Below, in pieces: positions 1-10,924 of a stretch of DNA of 64,000 nucleotides. A program made the translations under genes and the position numbers. Each line of letters begins with the position of its first letter. The first letter of the stretch is position 1. The DNA comes from Alphaproteobacteria bacterium (lineage in GTDB: Bacteria; Pseudomonadota; Alphaproteobacteria; UBA828): NCBI GenBank assembly GCA_963422645.2, contig CAXXVO010000004.1, positions 224,001-288,000 of the forward strand. Direction: 5' to 3'. The notes under the pieces were generated by a model. That model searched no databases, was not told the DNA's origin, and worked only from the letters and a program-made list of their open reading frames with translations.

Positions 1-1001
1 CGGTGTCCATCTCCACTGCCACGATCGCCGCCATGGGCCGGCGCACAGCGCAGCGCTTCGAGGGCTTCCTCGACCATGTCGCCGATCTGATCCGCACGCA
101 GGCGCCGGTCAAGCACCTCGACGAGACCGGCCTGCGTATCGCCGCCCGTACCCGCTGGCTCCATGTGCTGTGCACCCCGTTGCTCACCGTCCTGCGCATC
201 GGCGAGGGACGCGGCGATGTCGAAAAGAACCTGAAAGGCATCCTCGTCCACGACGACTTCGCCCCCTACTTCACCATCAAGGGCGTCCGCCACGGCGCCT
301 GCAACGCACATCACCTGCGCGAACTCCAGGCCCTGATCGACATCGAGAAGGAGGAATGGGCGGCGAGCATGCACCGCCTGCTTCAGCGCGCGCGCAGGGC
401 CGCCCGCTTCGCCCGTGAGAAAGACCGTCAAGTCCCCGCCTCCCTGGTGGCCCGCATCTCAAGGGCATGGGACCGTATCCTCGAAGAAGCCATCGCCTTC
501 CATGAGGCCCAACCGCCGCTCCAGATCGCAAAGCGAGGGCGAAAGAAACGCCGCATCGGCCACAACCTCGCGCGCCGCCTTCAAAAGCATAAGGAGGGCT
601 GCCTGCGCTTCCTCACCGACCTGCGCACGCCGTTCACGAATAACGAGGCGGAGCGTGACATCCGTATGAACAAAGTGCATGAGAAGATCTCAGGCGGCTT
701 CCGCTCCCTGCAAGGCGCCTGCAACTTCGCCGGAATGCGCAGCGTCATCGTCACCGCTCGAAAGCAAGGCTGGAACATCCTGCAAATCCTGGCGCACCCG
801 GAACCGATGCAGCTGATCCCTATACTGCGCTCCTGAACTTCTCCGGCTCATCCTGAGTATCGCTGTCCTCTCATCTTGTTCGCGACGCGGCGTTCATCAT
901 CCTCTCGCGCTCAAGAGAGTAGGCACCCCCGCGGCGTGGGGGCGTTGACGCAAAAGGAACTGGCTTGTTCCATAAGAGAGAGGGGGTACCTGGGCAGTTA
1001 C
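1..1001 (+). mobile_element. IS66-family element, 3' part (runs off window start)
   Basis: Near-identical to the complete copy at 39927-42437; ends in GGGGTACCTGGGCAGTTAC (reverse complement begins GTAAC, typical IS66 terminus). Confidence 0.92.
3..836 (+). CDS. IS66 transposase, C-terminal part
   Basis: HLDETG, ACNAHHLRELQ and TNNEAERDIR motifs. Confidence 0.92.
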   Translation: MSISTATIAAMGRRTAQRFEGFLDHVADLIRTQAPVKHLDETGLRIAARTRWLHVLCTPLLTVLRIGEGRGDVEKNLKGILVHDDFAPYFTIKGVRHGACNAHHLRELQALIDIEKEEWAASMHRLLQRARRAARFAREKDRQVPASLVARISRAWDRILEEAIAFHEAQPPLQIAKRGRKKRRIGHNLARRLQKHKEGCLRFLTDLRTPFTNNEAERDIRMNKVHEKISGGFRSLQGACNFAGMRSVIVTARKQGWNILQILAHPEPMQLIPILRS

Positions 1002-1091
1002 CAAGAGAGTAGGCACCCCCGCGGCGTGGGGGCGTTGACGCAAAAGGAACTGGCTTGTTCCATAAGAGAGAGGGGGTACCTGGGCAGTTAC
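912..1091 (+). repeat. Exact 90-bp tandem duplication of the IS66 right end
   Basis: 912-1001 equals 1002-1091 (CAAGAGAGTAGG...GGGCAGTTAC). Confidence 0.95.
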
Positions 1092-1207
1092 GATAGTTCT
1101 CCCTTGTGTGGGTCAAGTTTAATGCTCCATGTTCTGCAGAACCGCAAAGCATACAGCCAATGGGTAACGGTCGTTCTTGAAAGCACTGAAAACCTCCCTT
1201 GTGTCGT

Positions 1208-2404
1208 TCAAGTGTCAAGTTTCATGCTTTGCAAAACTTCAAAGCATGCAGCCAATGGGTGATAGTCCGTCTTGGACGCCGGGCTCTTTTCGTTGCTGTT
1301 TTTTTGGCCGTCACTATTCAAAATGCGGTACCAGGCGCCGTACTCGTGATCCACAAAGTGCTTGTCGGCATAGCCCCAAACACGGTCGTACCAGTCCCAG
1401 TACTTGTCGAGACCGGTTGCGTTGGCCAGAAGGGCCGACGCCGCAAATGATTCGGAAAAGACCCAATAATACTGGTCGGTGTCGAGGATCGTACCGTCGG
1501 GCGCAAATGTGTAGTTGATTGCCCCGGTTTCCGACGCATACGCTCGCTCCATCGCAGCGTCAAAGAGCATCTTGGCTTGCGGGACCAGCCAGTCGGACGG
1601 GCGGTGCCGGTTGAGAATCAAGAGCAGCTTCGACCACTCGGTAAAATGGCCGGGAAGATAGCCGTAGGGCCGGAAGAGATTCTTCGGATCGTCCTTGTTG
1701 TAGTTCCAGTCGTGCGTCCAGTCGGTCTTGTAGTGTTCCCAAACGAGACCGTCGGCCTGCGCCGCCAAATCCTGGCAAATGCGCCGCGCCAACAACGCCG
1801 CGCGGTCGAGATAGCGTGACTCTCCGCTTGCCTCCCACGCCGACAGCATCGCTTCGCACATGTGCATGTTGGCGTTCTGGCCGCGGTAGGCATCGACCTT
1901 CGTCCAGTCCCCCGCCGCGATCTCGTCCACGTAAAGCGATGCGTCCGGGTCCCAGAAGCGCGCCTCCAGCAGGTTCCAGATGTCATCCATCAGGGCGGCC
2001 GCACCCTCGGCGCCCGCCTTACAGGCTCCGGCGGCGGAGAGGAGCACGAATGCATGTCCGTAGCAATGATATGTGCCATCCACGACCTCCTGCCCGGAAA
2101 GCACCCAGGCATAGCCGCCGTCTTCGCGTTTGTGATGCTCGCGTAGGAACCGGACTCCGTGAGCGGCCGCCGCACGATACTCGTCGGCGCCCAGGACCAG
2201 ATGTGCAAGCCCGTAATTGTACGTGAAGCGGCAGGTCCCGACGAGGTGCTTCGTCATCCGGTCGAAAACGGTTCCGTCGTCAAGCATCTGATTGATGAAG
2301 CCGCCATATTCGTCATCGATGCACCGGGGGTGATAGAAGCCGATGATGTCGGCAATATGCCGCTTGAGAAAGGCAGGGTCTCGGAAATCCGATCGGTCAG
2401 ACAT
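1208..2404 (-). CDS. AGE-family sugar epimerase/isomerase (YihS-like)
   Basis: YRGQNANMHMCEA, PGHFTEWSKLL and KTDYH motifs; start placed at MSDRSDF just after the SDR stop. Confidence 0.9.
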   Translation of the reverse strand: MSDRSDFRDPAFLKRHIADIIGFYHPRCIDDEYGGFINQMLDDGTVFDRMTKHLVGTCRFTYNYGLAHLVLGADEYRAAAAHGVRFLREHHKREDGGYAWVLSGQEVVDGTYHCYGHAFVLLSAAGACKAGAEGAAALMDDIWNLLEARFWDPDASLYVDEIAAGDWTKVDAYRGQNANMHMCEAMLSAWEASGESRYLDRAALLARRICQDLAAQADGLVWEHYKTDWTHDWNYNKDDPKNLFRPYGYLPGHFTEWSKLLLILNRHRPSDWLVPQAKMLFDAAMERAYASETGAINYTFAPDGTILDTDQYYWVFSESFAASALLANATGLDKYWDWYDRVWGYADKHFVDHEYGAWYRILNSDGQKNSNEKSPASKTDYHPLAACFEVLQSMKLDT

Positions 2405-2409
2405 TCCAT

Positions 2410-3219
2410 CTACTCCGGAAGAATAACCCCGAGCTTCGACAGGAGGCCGCCATCGACCTTGATGTCTGCGCCCGTCATGAATGGACAGAGGTCGCTGGCA
2501 AGGAACGCCGCAACCGCAGCCACCTCCTCGATGGACCCGACGCGACCGACGGGATGTCCCTTGCCCCAGTCGGCGATTGTGGCTTCGACCGTGTTTTCGC
2601 CCTTCCAGAGGTCCGCCGCCCAACGCAACATAGGCGTATCGATCGCCGCCGGGCAGATCGCGTTTACGCGAATTCCGGCATCGGCGTGATCGAGAGCCAT
2701 GGCGCGGGTCAAGGCAAGAATTGCGCCCTTCGACGCTGTATAGGCCGCAACATTCGACTGAGACGCGAATGCCTGTACCGAGGCGAGGTTGATTACGGAT
2801 CCGCCGCCGGCCTCCTCGATGTGCGGGATGGCGTAGCGGGACGCCCAGTAGAGTCCCTTGAGATTTACCGCCATCACTTCGTCCCACGTCTCTTCTGGGG
2901 TGTCGGTGATGGTGCCGTAGCGCTGTATTCCGGCGCAATTCACCAGAACATTCAGGCCGCCGAACTGGCCAACCGTCTGCGCAACGGCGTCTTTGACATT
3001 GTCGCCGCGCGAAACGTCGGCCTCGATGGCCAACAGATCGTTGCCGGCGTCGAGCGCGGCCTGCGCTTGCCCAAGCGACTCCGGCTCGTTCGAACATATC
3101 GCAACCCTCGCGTTGCAAGCGAGGAACGCCCGAGCGATCCCGAAGCCCATACCCTTCGATCCGCCGGTTACGAAGGCGCTCTTTCCGGAAAGATCAATTT
3201 GCGCAGGACTTGCCATCAC
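2410..3219 (-). CDS. SDR-family oxidoreductase
   Basis: TGGSKGMG, NCAG, YTASK. Confidence 0.92.
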   Translation of the reverse strand: MMASPAQIDLSGKSAFVTGGSKGMGFGIARAFLACNARVAICSNEPESLGQAQAALDAGNDLLAIEADVSRGDNVKDAVAQTVGQFGGLNVLVNCAGIQRYGTITDTPEETWDEVMAVNLKGLYWASRYAIPHIEEAGGGSVINLASVQAFASQSNVAAYTASKGAILALTRAMALDHADAGIRVNAICPAAIDTPMLRWAADLWKGENTVEATIADWGKGHPVGRVGSIEEVAAVAAFLASDLCPFMTGADIKVDGGLLSKLGVILPE

Positions 3220-3911
3220 ACCGCCTCGTTTTCCGCTTCAGCCGAGCCCTCGAAATACTCCGGATAAGTGGCCATCAGTTCATCGATCTGTCCCATCACA
3301 CGCCGAAGGTGCTGCTCCATCACAGTGCGGGCGCGGGCCGTGTCATGGCTTTCAATCGCCTTGAAAAGCTCGTCATGATCCTTGAGCAACAGGTTCAGGT
3401 CGATCTTTTCGAGGCTGAGCAAGCGCACCCGGTCCATGTGTTTTTTCGCGTCCGAGATCACCGACCAGACAAGTGATCGACCCGCCATCTCGGCAAAGGA
3501 TTGGTGCATTCTCTCGTCGGAAGCAAAGAACATTGCGATATCGGCTTGTTCGATCGCGAAACGCTGTTCTTCGATGGCCTGCCGCACTTTGAACCTGAAG
3601 CGCTTGGTGTTTCTTGCCGCGGCCTCTTCAATAATGGATACCTCCAACTTCTCGCGCACGAACTGCGCGGAACGCACCGCGTCGATGCGGATCGGCGCGA
3701 CGATCGTTCCCGCGCGCGACCGAAAATCCACCAAGCCCTCGGCTTCCAGGCGGGACAGGGCCTCGCGAACCGGTGTTCGGCTGACACCCATAGACGCGGC
3801 GAGATGGGATTCCGCGATCGCTTCATTCGGAGCGAACTCCATCGATACGATCTTCTTTCTGATCGTTCGGTAAGCTCGCTCTCCCGCCAAGAGAGCCTTG
3901 ACCTGCTGCAA
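3216..3911 (-). CDS. GntR/FadR-family regulator
   Basis: wHTH (GVSRTPVREAL) plus FCD-like C-terminus; TTG start after GAGGA is approximate. Confidence 0.88.
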   Translation of the reverse strand: MQQVKALLAGERAYRTIRKKIVSMEFAPNEAIAESHLAASMGVSRTPVREALSRLEAEGLVDFRSRAGTIVAPIRIDAVRSAQFVREKLEVSIIEEAAARNTKRFRFKVRQAIEEQRFAIEQADIAMFFASDERMHQSFAEMAGRSLVWSVISDAKKHMDRVRLLSLEKIDLNLLLKDHDELFKAIESHDTARARTVMEQHLRRVMGQIDELMATYPEYFEGSAEAENEAV

Positions 3912-3932
3912 GCGCAATTCCTCACTGTATTC

Positions 3933-3942
3933 TTGTATACAC
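3933..3942. promoter_or_regulatory. Possible GntR/FadR operator
   Basis: AT-rich palindrome TGTATACA directly upstream of the GntR gene. Confidence 0.4.
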
Positions 3943-4223
3943 GCATGCAGTCCAAATCGCGTCAAGCTCCACGTTTCATATGACGAGCGCTGCATCATCG
4001 AACGGTTGGCGCGGGAGCGCAAAGTGTTGGCGGCGGCGTCATGAGGTGGCTTTGCTCACTCGGACCTCCTGGCGGCAGAGTCGGAGCGTGACCTTGTCGT
4101 TCTACGATCGCGGTCGAGTGGCTCGGTCATTCGGCTTTCGCCCTCGCGGGTCCGAACGTGCGGCTCTCCCGCACCCGGCCGCTCCCAAGGGTGACCCGCC
4201 TCATGCCCGACGCAGCGGTCAAG

Positions 4224-5270
4224 TCACTCCAATCCACCTGTCCGACCTCTGGGCTCCACGTCGGAACCGGTGGCGACGGCGACCGGGCGGTTCTCCTCGA
4301 GCGATGCAAAGAGCGCGTCGAGCACCCGCACCGCGGCAAGCGCTTCGCGATAGTCCTGAACGAAGGGCGCGGAGGTCTGGACGGCCTCGGCGAAATGCAT
4401 GAGTTCGTCACGCAGATCGCCCGTTATCCGGCCGTTTATCTCTGGCCAGAGGTGCGTGTCGGCGGCTGTCGAGCCTTCCGCCGTGATGACCTGGAAACCC
4501 TGGTCGCGCACGTCCAGCAGGGCAGCGCTCTTCGTGCCAATCACCTCGAACGCGGCGTGGTAGCCCGCCGGCAGGCCCTCCGGCCATGCCCAGCTGTAGT
4601 CGAGGGTCCCGATGGCGCCGTTGGCGAAATTGACGACCGCGTAAAGCGCGTCCTCGTTGCCGTTCGACAGCTTGCTGACCTTCTGGGCGTATACCCGAAT
4701 GATGGGAGACCGGGAGACCCACTGCATCGCGTCGATGTCGTGGACACCCAGCTGGCACAGAATTGACGAATCGGCGCCGATTCTCTCGGCCAATGTGCGG
4801 ATCGTGTTGCGCTTGGCACGAAGATGGATCGGCTCGCCCAGGCGGTCGGGATGCGCTGCGGCCTGGAGCTGGACGTAGCGCGGGTCGAAGCGAAGCACGT
4901 GGGCGACCATCAGCCGGACCCCCGTCTCCTCGACCGCACGGGCGATCGCCTCGGCCCCCTTGGCATCGTGCGCCATGGGCTTTTCCAGCAGGATGTGCTT
5001 GCCGGCACGGGCGGCTGCGGTCGCCGACTCCACGTGGAGCCGGTCGGGGGTCGCGATGCTGACCGCGTCAATGTCGTCCCGTTCCAGAAGGGAAGCCGGA
5101 TCGCGGTGATAGTCCGCCCCCAGATCGTCCGCCAGTCCCCTGCAGGCCTCAGCGTCCGGATCCGCGACCGCGACGAGCCGCGTGTTCGGAAGCTGGCTCC
5201 ACACCCTGGCGTGGAGGCTTCCCATGAAGCCGACCCCAATCACACCCAGGCGCAGCCCTTCACTCGTCAT
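4224..5270 (-). CDS. Gfo/Idh/MocA oxidoreductase
   Basis: GVIGVGFMG and EKP motifs. Confidence 0.92.
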   Translation of the reverse strand: MTSEGLRLGVIGVGFMGSLHARVWSQLPNTRLVAVADPDAEACRGLADDLGADYHRDPASLLERDDIDAVSIATPDRLHVESATAAARAGKHILLEKPMAHDAKGAEAIARAVEETGVRLMVAHVLRFDPRYVQLQAAAHPDRLGEPIHLRAKRNTIRTLAERIGADSSILCQLGVHDIDAMQWVSRSPIIRVYAQKVSKLSNGNEDALYAVVNFANGAIGTLDYSWAWPEGLPAGYHAAFEVIGTKSAALLDVRDQGFQVITAEGSTAADTHLWPEINGRITGDLRDELMHFAEAVQTSAPFVQDYREALAAVRVLDALFASLEENRPVAVATGSDVEPRGRTGGLE

Positions 5271-5540
5271 GGGGATCGCTCCTTCTCGCGTTCGGGATGG
5301 GGAAGGGCCTGCCCTGCCTCATCGAACAGCAGAGCATAAAAGGGATCGGCTGCTGCATTGCCCGATGCATAGGGTCAAATTCCCGATTGCACAAAGCTGC
5401 CGTTCTCCCGCCTGACCGGCTTGCCACGTGGGTCGGTCGCGGCCGCAACAACCCGACCTGCACCGACGAGGCGCTTGCGCTCTACGTCGGCGACAGCATC
5501 CTGAAGAATATCGGCAACCTTTTTGACTAATGGACGCGAC

Positions 5541-6768
5541 ATGACCAGCCAACCGAAAGCAGCCGCGGCCGAGGCCAGCCCTGAGCCGGCAGACCGTTCC
5601 CGCATGAAGATAACCAGGATCGCGAGCCACGTGCTGCAGTACGACATGCCGGAGGAGCTGGGCTACTCCCAGCAGTTCTACAGCAAGCGCACGGCACATA
5701 TCGTCGAGGTCGAGACCGACGCGGGCATCACCGGCTGGGGCGAGTGTTTCGGGCCGGGAAGCGTGGCGCTGGCCAACCGGGCCATCGTGGAGCAGGTCAT
5801 CCAGCCGATGGTGCTGGGCATGGACCCGCTGGACCGCGATGCGATCTGGCACAGGGTCTACAACCTGTTGCGCGATCACGGCCAGAAGGGGATGCCGCTG
5901 CAGGCGCTCTCCGGCGTCGACATCGCGCTTTGGGACATCGCCGGCAAGGTCGCCGGACTGCCCGATCCACAAGCTGATCGGCGGCGCCCATCGCCATTCG
6001 GTGCCGGTCTACGGCTACGGCATGATGCTGCGGCGAGAGGATGCAGCCTCGCTCGCCGCGCGCTTCGCCGACGAGGCGGCCGCGATCAAGGCGAATGGCT
6101 TCGTCGCCACCAAGATGAAGGTCGGGCTCGGGTCCAAGCACGATGTGGTGCTTGCCGAGGCGGTCCGCCGCGCGGTGGGCGACGACTTCGACTTCATGGT
6201 GGATGCCAACCACTGCTACACCGCGGCGGACGCCTTCCATGTCGGGCGCGCGCTGGATGAGCTGGGCGCTTACTGGTCCGAGGAGCCGGTGGCGCCGGAA
6301 GACCTGGATGGGTACGCGGCCTTGCGCGCCGGCCTTGAGGTGAATATCGCCGGCGGCGAGGCCGAGTTCAGCCGCTGGGGCTGGCGGTCGCTGCTGGAGA
6401 GCGGTGGGCTCGACATCGCCCAGCCGGAGGTCTGCTCCCTCGGCGGCATCAGCGAGTACCTGCGGGTACTCGCGCTCTGCCACGCGCATTTCACGCCGGT
6501 GGTGAACCATGTCTGGGGCTCGGCCATTGCCGTCGCCGCCAACCTGCAGCTGCTGGCGGCGATGCCGCCGCTGCCGGGCGGGCTCTTTCCGCGCGAGCCG
6601 ATGCTGGAATTCGACACGACCGAGAACAGGTTCCGCGACGACTTGCTGACGGAGCCGCTGGACATTCAGGGTCAGGTTGCCCGCAGCGGTGGCTGCGCCT
6701 CGATCCCCGATGGGCCGGGCCTCGGCGTCGAGCCCGACCGCACTTTCCTGAGACACTACGCGGCGTAG
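5541..6768 (+). pseudogene. Mandelate racemase/enolase-superfamily enzyme, frameshifted near 5962
   Basis: GWGE and DIALWDIAGK in one frame; KMKVG, DAN and EEP in the next; one extra C in CTGCCCGATC, possibly a sequencing error. Confidence 0.82.
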
Positions 6769-6848
6769 TGGACGCTCTCCTGCACCGACGGCCGGAGAGC
6801 ACCGCGCGGACCATGACCTCGGTGAGACATGCGGGTTAGAGTGCGCCC

Positions 6849-9020
6849 ATGGTCCATTCGGTTGACGTGGTGGAAAGCGCGGAAGGGGTACGTCCGGCGC
6901 CCGTAGTCGGCGGCGGCGCGTTCGAGATCGTCTCCGCGTTCGAGCCGGCGGGCGACCAGCCCGAGGCGATCGCGCAGCTGATCGAGGGTGTGCGCGCGGG
7001 CGAGCGCGACCAGGTGCTGCTGGGCGTCACCGGGTCGGGCAAGACCTTCACCATGACCCATGTGATCAAGGCGCTCGGCCGGCCCACGCTGATCCTCGCG
7101 CCCAACAAGACCCTCGCCGCCCAGCTCTACGGCGAGATGAAGGAGTTCCTGCCGAACAGCGCCGTCGAGTATTTCGTCTCCTACTACGACTACTATCAGC
7201 CGGAGGCCTACGTCCCGCGCTCGGACACCTATATCGAGAAGGACGCCTCGATCAACGAGCACATCGACCGCATGCGCCACAGCGCCACGCGCGCGCTGCT
7301 GGAGCGCGAGGATGTGGTGATCGTGGCCTCGGTCTCGTGCATCTACGGTATCGGCGCGGTCGAGACCTATTCGTCGATGGCGGTCTCGCTCGCGCTGGAG
7401 GGGCGGGTCGACCAGCGCGCGCTGATCCGCAAGCTGATCGATTTGCAATACCGCCGCACCAACCAGTCGCTTGAGCGCGGCAGCTTCCGTGTGCGTGGCG
7501 ACGTGATCGAGCTGTTCCCGGCCCATTCCGAGGACCGTGCCTGGCGGATCTCGCTCTTCGGTGACGAGATCGAGGAGATCATCGAGTTCGATCCGCTCAC
7601 CGGCACCAAGACCGACAAGCTCGTGCGCGTGCGCATCTACCCCAACAGCCACTACGTCACGCCGCGCCCCACCGTGCGCCAGGCGATCAAGCAGGTCAGG
7701 GTCGAGCTTGCCCAGAGGCTGGAGGAGTTCAACGCGCAGGGCCAGCTGCTGGAGGCCCAGCGGCTGGAGCAGCGCACGCTCTTCGACCTGGAGATGATGG
7801 AGGCGACCGGCAGCTGCGCCGGCATCGAGAACTACTCGCGCTACCTGACCGGCCGCAATCCGGGCGAGCCGCCGCCGACGCTCTTCGAGTATCTGCCGGA
7901 GAACGCGCTGCTGATCGTGGATGAGTCCCACGTCACCGTGCCGCAGTTGGGCGGCATGTTCCGCGGCGACTTCAAGCGCAAGTCGACGCTCGCCGCGTTC
8001 GGCTTCCGCCTGCCTTCGTGCGTCGACAACCGGCCGCTCAAGTTCGAGGAGTGGGACGCCATGCGGCCGGAGACCGTCTTCGTCTCCGCGACTCCGGGGC
8101 GGTGGGAGCTGGAACGCACCGGCGGGGTCTTCGTCGAGCAGGTCATTCGCCCGACCGGGCTGATCGACCCGGTCTGCGTGGTCCGCCCGGTCGAGCAGCA
8201 GGTCGACGACCTGATCGCGGAGTGCAAGGACTGCGCCGCCAGGGGGCTCCGCGTGCTGGTCACGACCCTCACCAAACGCATGGCCGAAGACCTGACCGAG
8301 TACCTCCACGAGGCCGGCGTGCGCGTGCGCTATCTGCATTCCGACATCGACACCATCGAGCGCATCGAGATCATCCGTGACCTGCGCCTCGGCGCCTTCG
8401 ACGTGCTGGTGGGCATCAACCTCCTGCGCGAGGGGTTGGACATCCCCGAATGCGGGCTGGTGGCGATCCTGGACGCCGACAAGGAGGGCTTTCTGCGCTC
8501 CCAGACCTCGCTGATCCAGACCATCGGCCGAGCCGCGCGCAACATCGACGGCCGCGTGGTTCTCTACGCCGACCACATGACAGACTCGCTCAGCAACGCG
8601 CTGGCGGAGACCGAGCGCCGGCGCACGCGCCAGCAGGCATACAACGTCGCCAACGGCATCACGCCGGAAAGCGTGCGCAAGTCGATCAACGACATTCTGG
8701 AGAGCGTCTACGGCGGCGACCACGTCACTGTCGAGACCGGCGACGAGGCGACGCCCCACCTGATCGGCCACAACCTGGAGGCCCACCTCAAGGACCTGGA
8801 AGCGCGCATGAAGGCGGCGGCAGGAGAGCTGGAGTTCGAGGAGGCAGCGCGGCTCCGCGACGAGATCCGCCGGCTCAACGAGCAGGACCTGGGCCTCAAG
8901 GGCGCCCGGGGCGACGGCAGCGGCGGAAGCCACGGGCGGAGCAGCAAGGGCGCGCCCGGCACGTCGGCCCGCAAGCGCGGCAAGAAGAAGGCCCCGCGCC
9001 GCCGCAGCGCGTTCGGCTGA
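6849..9020 (+). CDS. uvrB: Excinuclease ABC subunit B
   Basis: [31 protein letters not shown]. Confidence 0.98.
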   Translation: MVHSVDVVESAEGVRPAPVVGGGAFEIVSAFEPAGDQPEAIAQLIEGVRAGERDQVLLGVTGSGKTFTMTHVIKALGRPTLILAPNKTLAAQLYGEMKEFLPNSAVEYFVSYYDYYQPEAYVPRSDTYIEKDASINEHIDRMRHSATRALLEREDVVIVASVSCIYGIGAVETYSSMAVSLALEGRVDQRALIRKLIDLQYRRTNQSLERGSFRVRGDVIELFPAHSEDRAWRISLFGDEIEEIIEFDPLTGTKTDKLVRVRIYPNSHYVTPRPTVRQAIKQVRVELAQRLEEFNAQGQLLEAQRLEQRTLFDLEMMEATGSCAGIENYSRYLTGRNPGEPPPTLFEYLPENALLIVDESHVTVPQLGGMFRGDFKRKSTLAAFGFRLPSCVDNRPLKFEEWDAMRPETVFVSATPGRWELERTGGVFVEQVIRPTGLIDPVCVVRPVEQQVDDLIAECKDCAARGLRVLVTTLTKRMAEDLTEYLHEAGVRVRYLHSDIDTIERIEIIRDLRLGAFDVLVGINLLREGLDIPECGLVAILDADKEGFLRSQTSLIQTIGRAARNIDGRVVLYADHMTDSLSNALAETERRRTRQQAYNVANGITPESVRKSINDILESVYGGDHVTVETGDEATPHLIGHNLEAHLKDLEARMKAAAGELEFEEAARLRDEIRRLNEQDLGLKGARGDGSGGSHGRSSKGAPGTSARKRGKKKAPRRRSAFG

Positions 9021-9042
9021 GGCGAGACGCGGCGCCCGGCCC

Positions 9043-10062
9043 ATGGTCGCACTCTCGGTCCTCGATCTTTCGCCGATTCCCGAAGGCGCGGACGCGGCGC
9101 AGGCCTTCCGCAACACGGTGGAGCTCGCGCGCCACGTCGAGCGCCTGGGGTTCCGCCGCTATTGGCTGGCCGAGCATCACAACATGGCCGGGATCGGCAG
9201 CGCCGCGACGGCGGTGCTGATCGGCCACGTCGCGGGCGCCACCGAGACCATCCGCGTCGGTGCCGGCGGCATCATGCTGCCCAACCACGCGCCGCTGGTG
9301 ATCGCCGAGCAGTTCGGCACCCTGGAATCGCTCTATCCGGGACGGATCGACCTCGGCATCGGGCGCGCGCCGGGGACCGACCAGATGACGTCGCACGCGC
9401 TCAGGCGCACGCTCACCGGCGACGTCAACGACTTCCCGCGGGACGTGGTGGAGCTGCAGAGCTACTTCCAGCCGCCGGAACCGGGCAGGCGCGTGCGCGC
9501 CGTGCCGGGGGCGGGCCTCATCGTGCCGATCTGGATTCTGGGCTCGAGCCTCTTCGGCGCCCAGCTCGCCGCCGCGTTGGGGCTGCCCTACGCCTTCGCC
9601 TCGCACTTCGCGCCCGCCGCGCTGATGCAGGCGATCCAGGTCTACCGCGAGCAGTTCCGCCCCTCGGAGCAGAGCGCCACGCCTTACGTGATGGCAGGGT
9701 TCAATGTCTTCGCCGCCGACAGCGAGGACGAGGCGGCTTACGTGCGAAGCTCGGCGCAGCAAGCGGTGCTGAACCTGCACCGGAACTCTCCCGGCCCGCT
9801 GCCCCGCCCCGTGCGCGGCTTCGAGGCCACCCTCGATGCGCAGGAACAGACCATCCTCGCACGCTGGTTCACCTGCGCGGCTTCGGGCACGCCGGAGACG
9901 GTGGCGCGGAGCCTGGCGGCCTTCGCCGAGCAGACCGGCGTCGACGAGATCATGGTGACGTCGAACATCCACGACCACGCCGCCCGGCTGCGCTCCTACG
10001 AGATCACGGCCGAGGCCGGCGCCCAGTTGGCTCGCCAGACGGCGGCACAGGGGGCGGGCTAA
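9043..10062 (+). CDS. Luciferase-like (LLM) flavin monooxygenase
   Basis: [25 protein letters not shown]. Confidence 0.92.
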   Translation: MVALSVLDLSPIPEGADAAQAFRNTVELARHVERLGFRRYWLAEHHNMAGIGSAATAVLIGHVAGATETIRVGAGGIMLPNHAPLVIAEQFGTLESLYPGRIDLGIGRAPGTDQMTSHALRRTLTGDVNDFPRDVVELQSYFQPPEPGRRVRAVPGAGLIVPIWILGSSLFGAQLAAALGLPYAFASHFAPAALMQAIQVYREQFRPSEQSATPYVMAGFNVFAADSEDEAAYVRSSAQQAVLNLHRNSPGPLPRPVRGFEATLDAQEQTILARWFTCAASGTPETVARSLAAFAEQTGVDEIMVTSNIHDHAARLRSYEITAEAGAQLARQTAAQGAG

Positions 10063-10110
10063 CCGGCCTGCCTGCGAGCCCCTTACCGGGACGGCGCCGT
10101 CAGGCGGCAA

Positions 10111-10818
10111 TCATTCGGATGCGGACTCGGCTGCGCCGGCGCTCTTCAAACCCCGACACGGCATCGGATAGGTGATCGTTCCCGGCGCGTACTCTTTGCT
10201 CTTGTCGAAGCATGTGACTCGAAGGGGACCGTCGGCCCACAGGCGGTGAGGATTCATCGATCTATTCCAATCCTCCAGGAAGTAGGCGTCGCCCCAGGCC
10301 GACTCTTTGTTCAATCGCCTCTCGCTCCCGAGTAGCAAACGCAGATGTCGTACGCCTGCTGGGCAGCCGAACGCAGGACGATTGTCGCCGAGGCGCGCAA
10401 TGAGCTCGCCTCGCGACACGGTCTGCTCCTTTTCGACAAGAACGTCGGCGACACGGCCGTACAGCGCGATCATCTTTCTGCCGGATTTGGTCGTGCCATG
10501 ATCGACCGCGATCGTCGGTCCCTTGCACTTCTCGGCACGAATCTCGACGACCCGACCATCAGCGATGGCGATGATCGGCTGACCGGCAGGACCCGAGATA
10601 TCGATGCCCTGATTCCTGCCGGAGCGACGCGTCCCGTCCAGACCGATCCGGCTATGAAAGTCGGAAATGATCCGTTTGCCCGAAGCAATTCCGGGCGCAT
10701 AGCTCAAGTCCCACTTGGGGCCGGTATCGATCGGCGCACAAGCGGCCAGCGCCGCCACCGCGCAAGCGGTGACCGCGACCATTGCCAAGGCATGGAGCGG
10801 TATTCCTCGGATGCTCAT
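10111..10818 (-). CDS. Lipoprotein with degenerate M23/LytM domain
   Basis: Lipobox LAAC; GIDI..GQPIIAIADGRV and VSRGELIARLG; metal-site His residues replaced. Confidence 0.75.
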   Translation of the reverse strand: MSIRGIPLHALAMVAVTACAVAALAACAPIDTGPKWDLSYAPGIASGKRIISDFHSRIGLDGTRRSGRNQGIDISGPAGQPIIAIADGRVVEIRAEKCKGPTIAVDHGTTKSGRKMIALYGRVADVLVEKEQTVSRGELIARLGDNRPAFGCPAGVRHLRLLLGSERRLNKESAWGDAYFLEDWNRSMNPHRLWADGPLRVTCFDKSKEYAPGTITYPMPCRGLKSAGAAESASE

Positions 10819-10924
10819 TTCCTGACCTCCCAGCAGCCCTCCGGTGGATCTCTCGAAACGATCGCAACGCGAAAAGGGTATGCTGACGGGCGGCCGCTGA
10901 CCGAGCCCCGGCGGTGTCAGGCGT

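Noticed and set aside
1208-3118. 636-aa ORF suggesting an epimerase fusion
   Set aside because: The extension overlaps the SDR in another frame; the real start is 2404.
5955-5970. Programmed frameshift in the racemase-family gene
   Set aside because: A single extra C in a short run; error or simple mutation is more likely.
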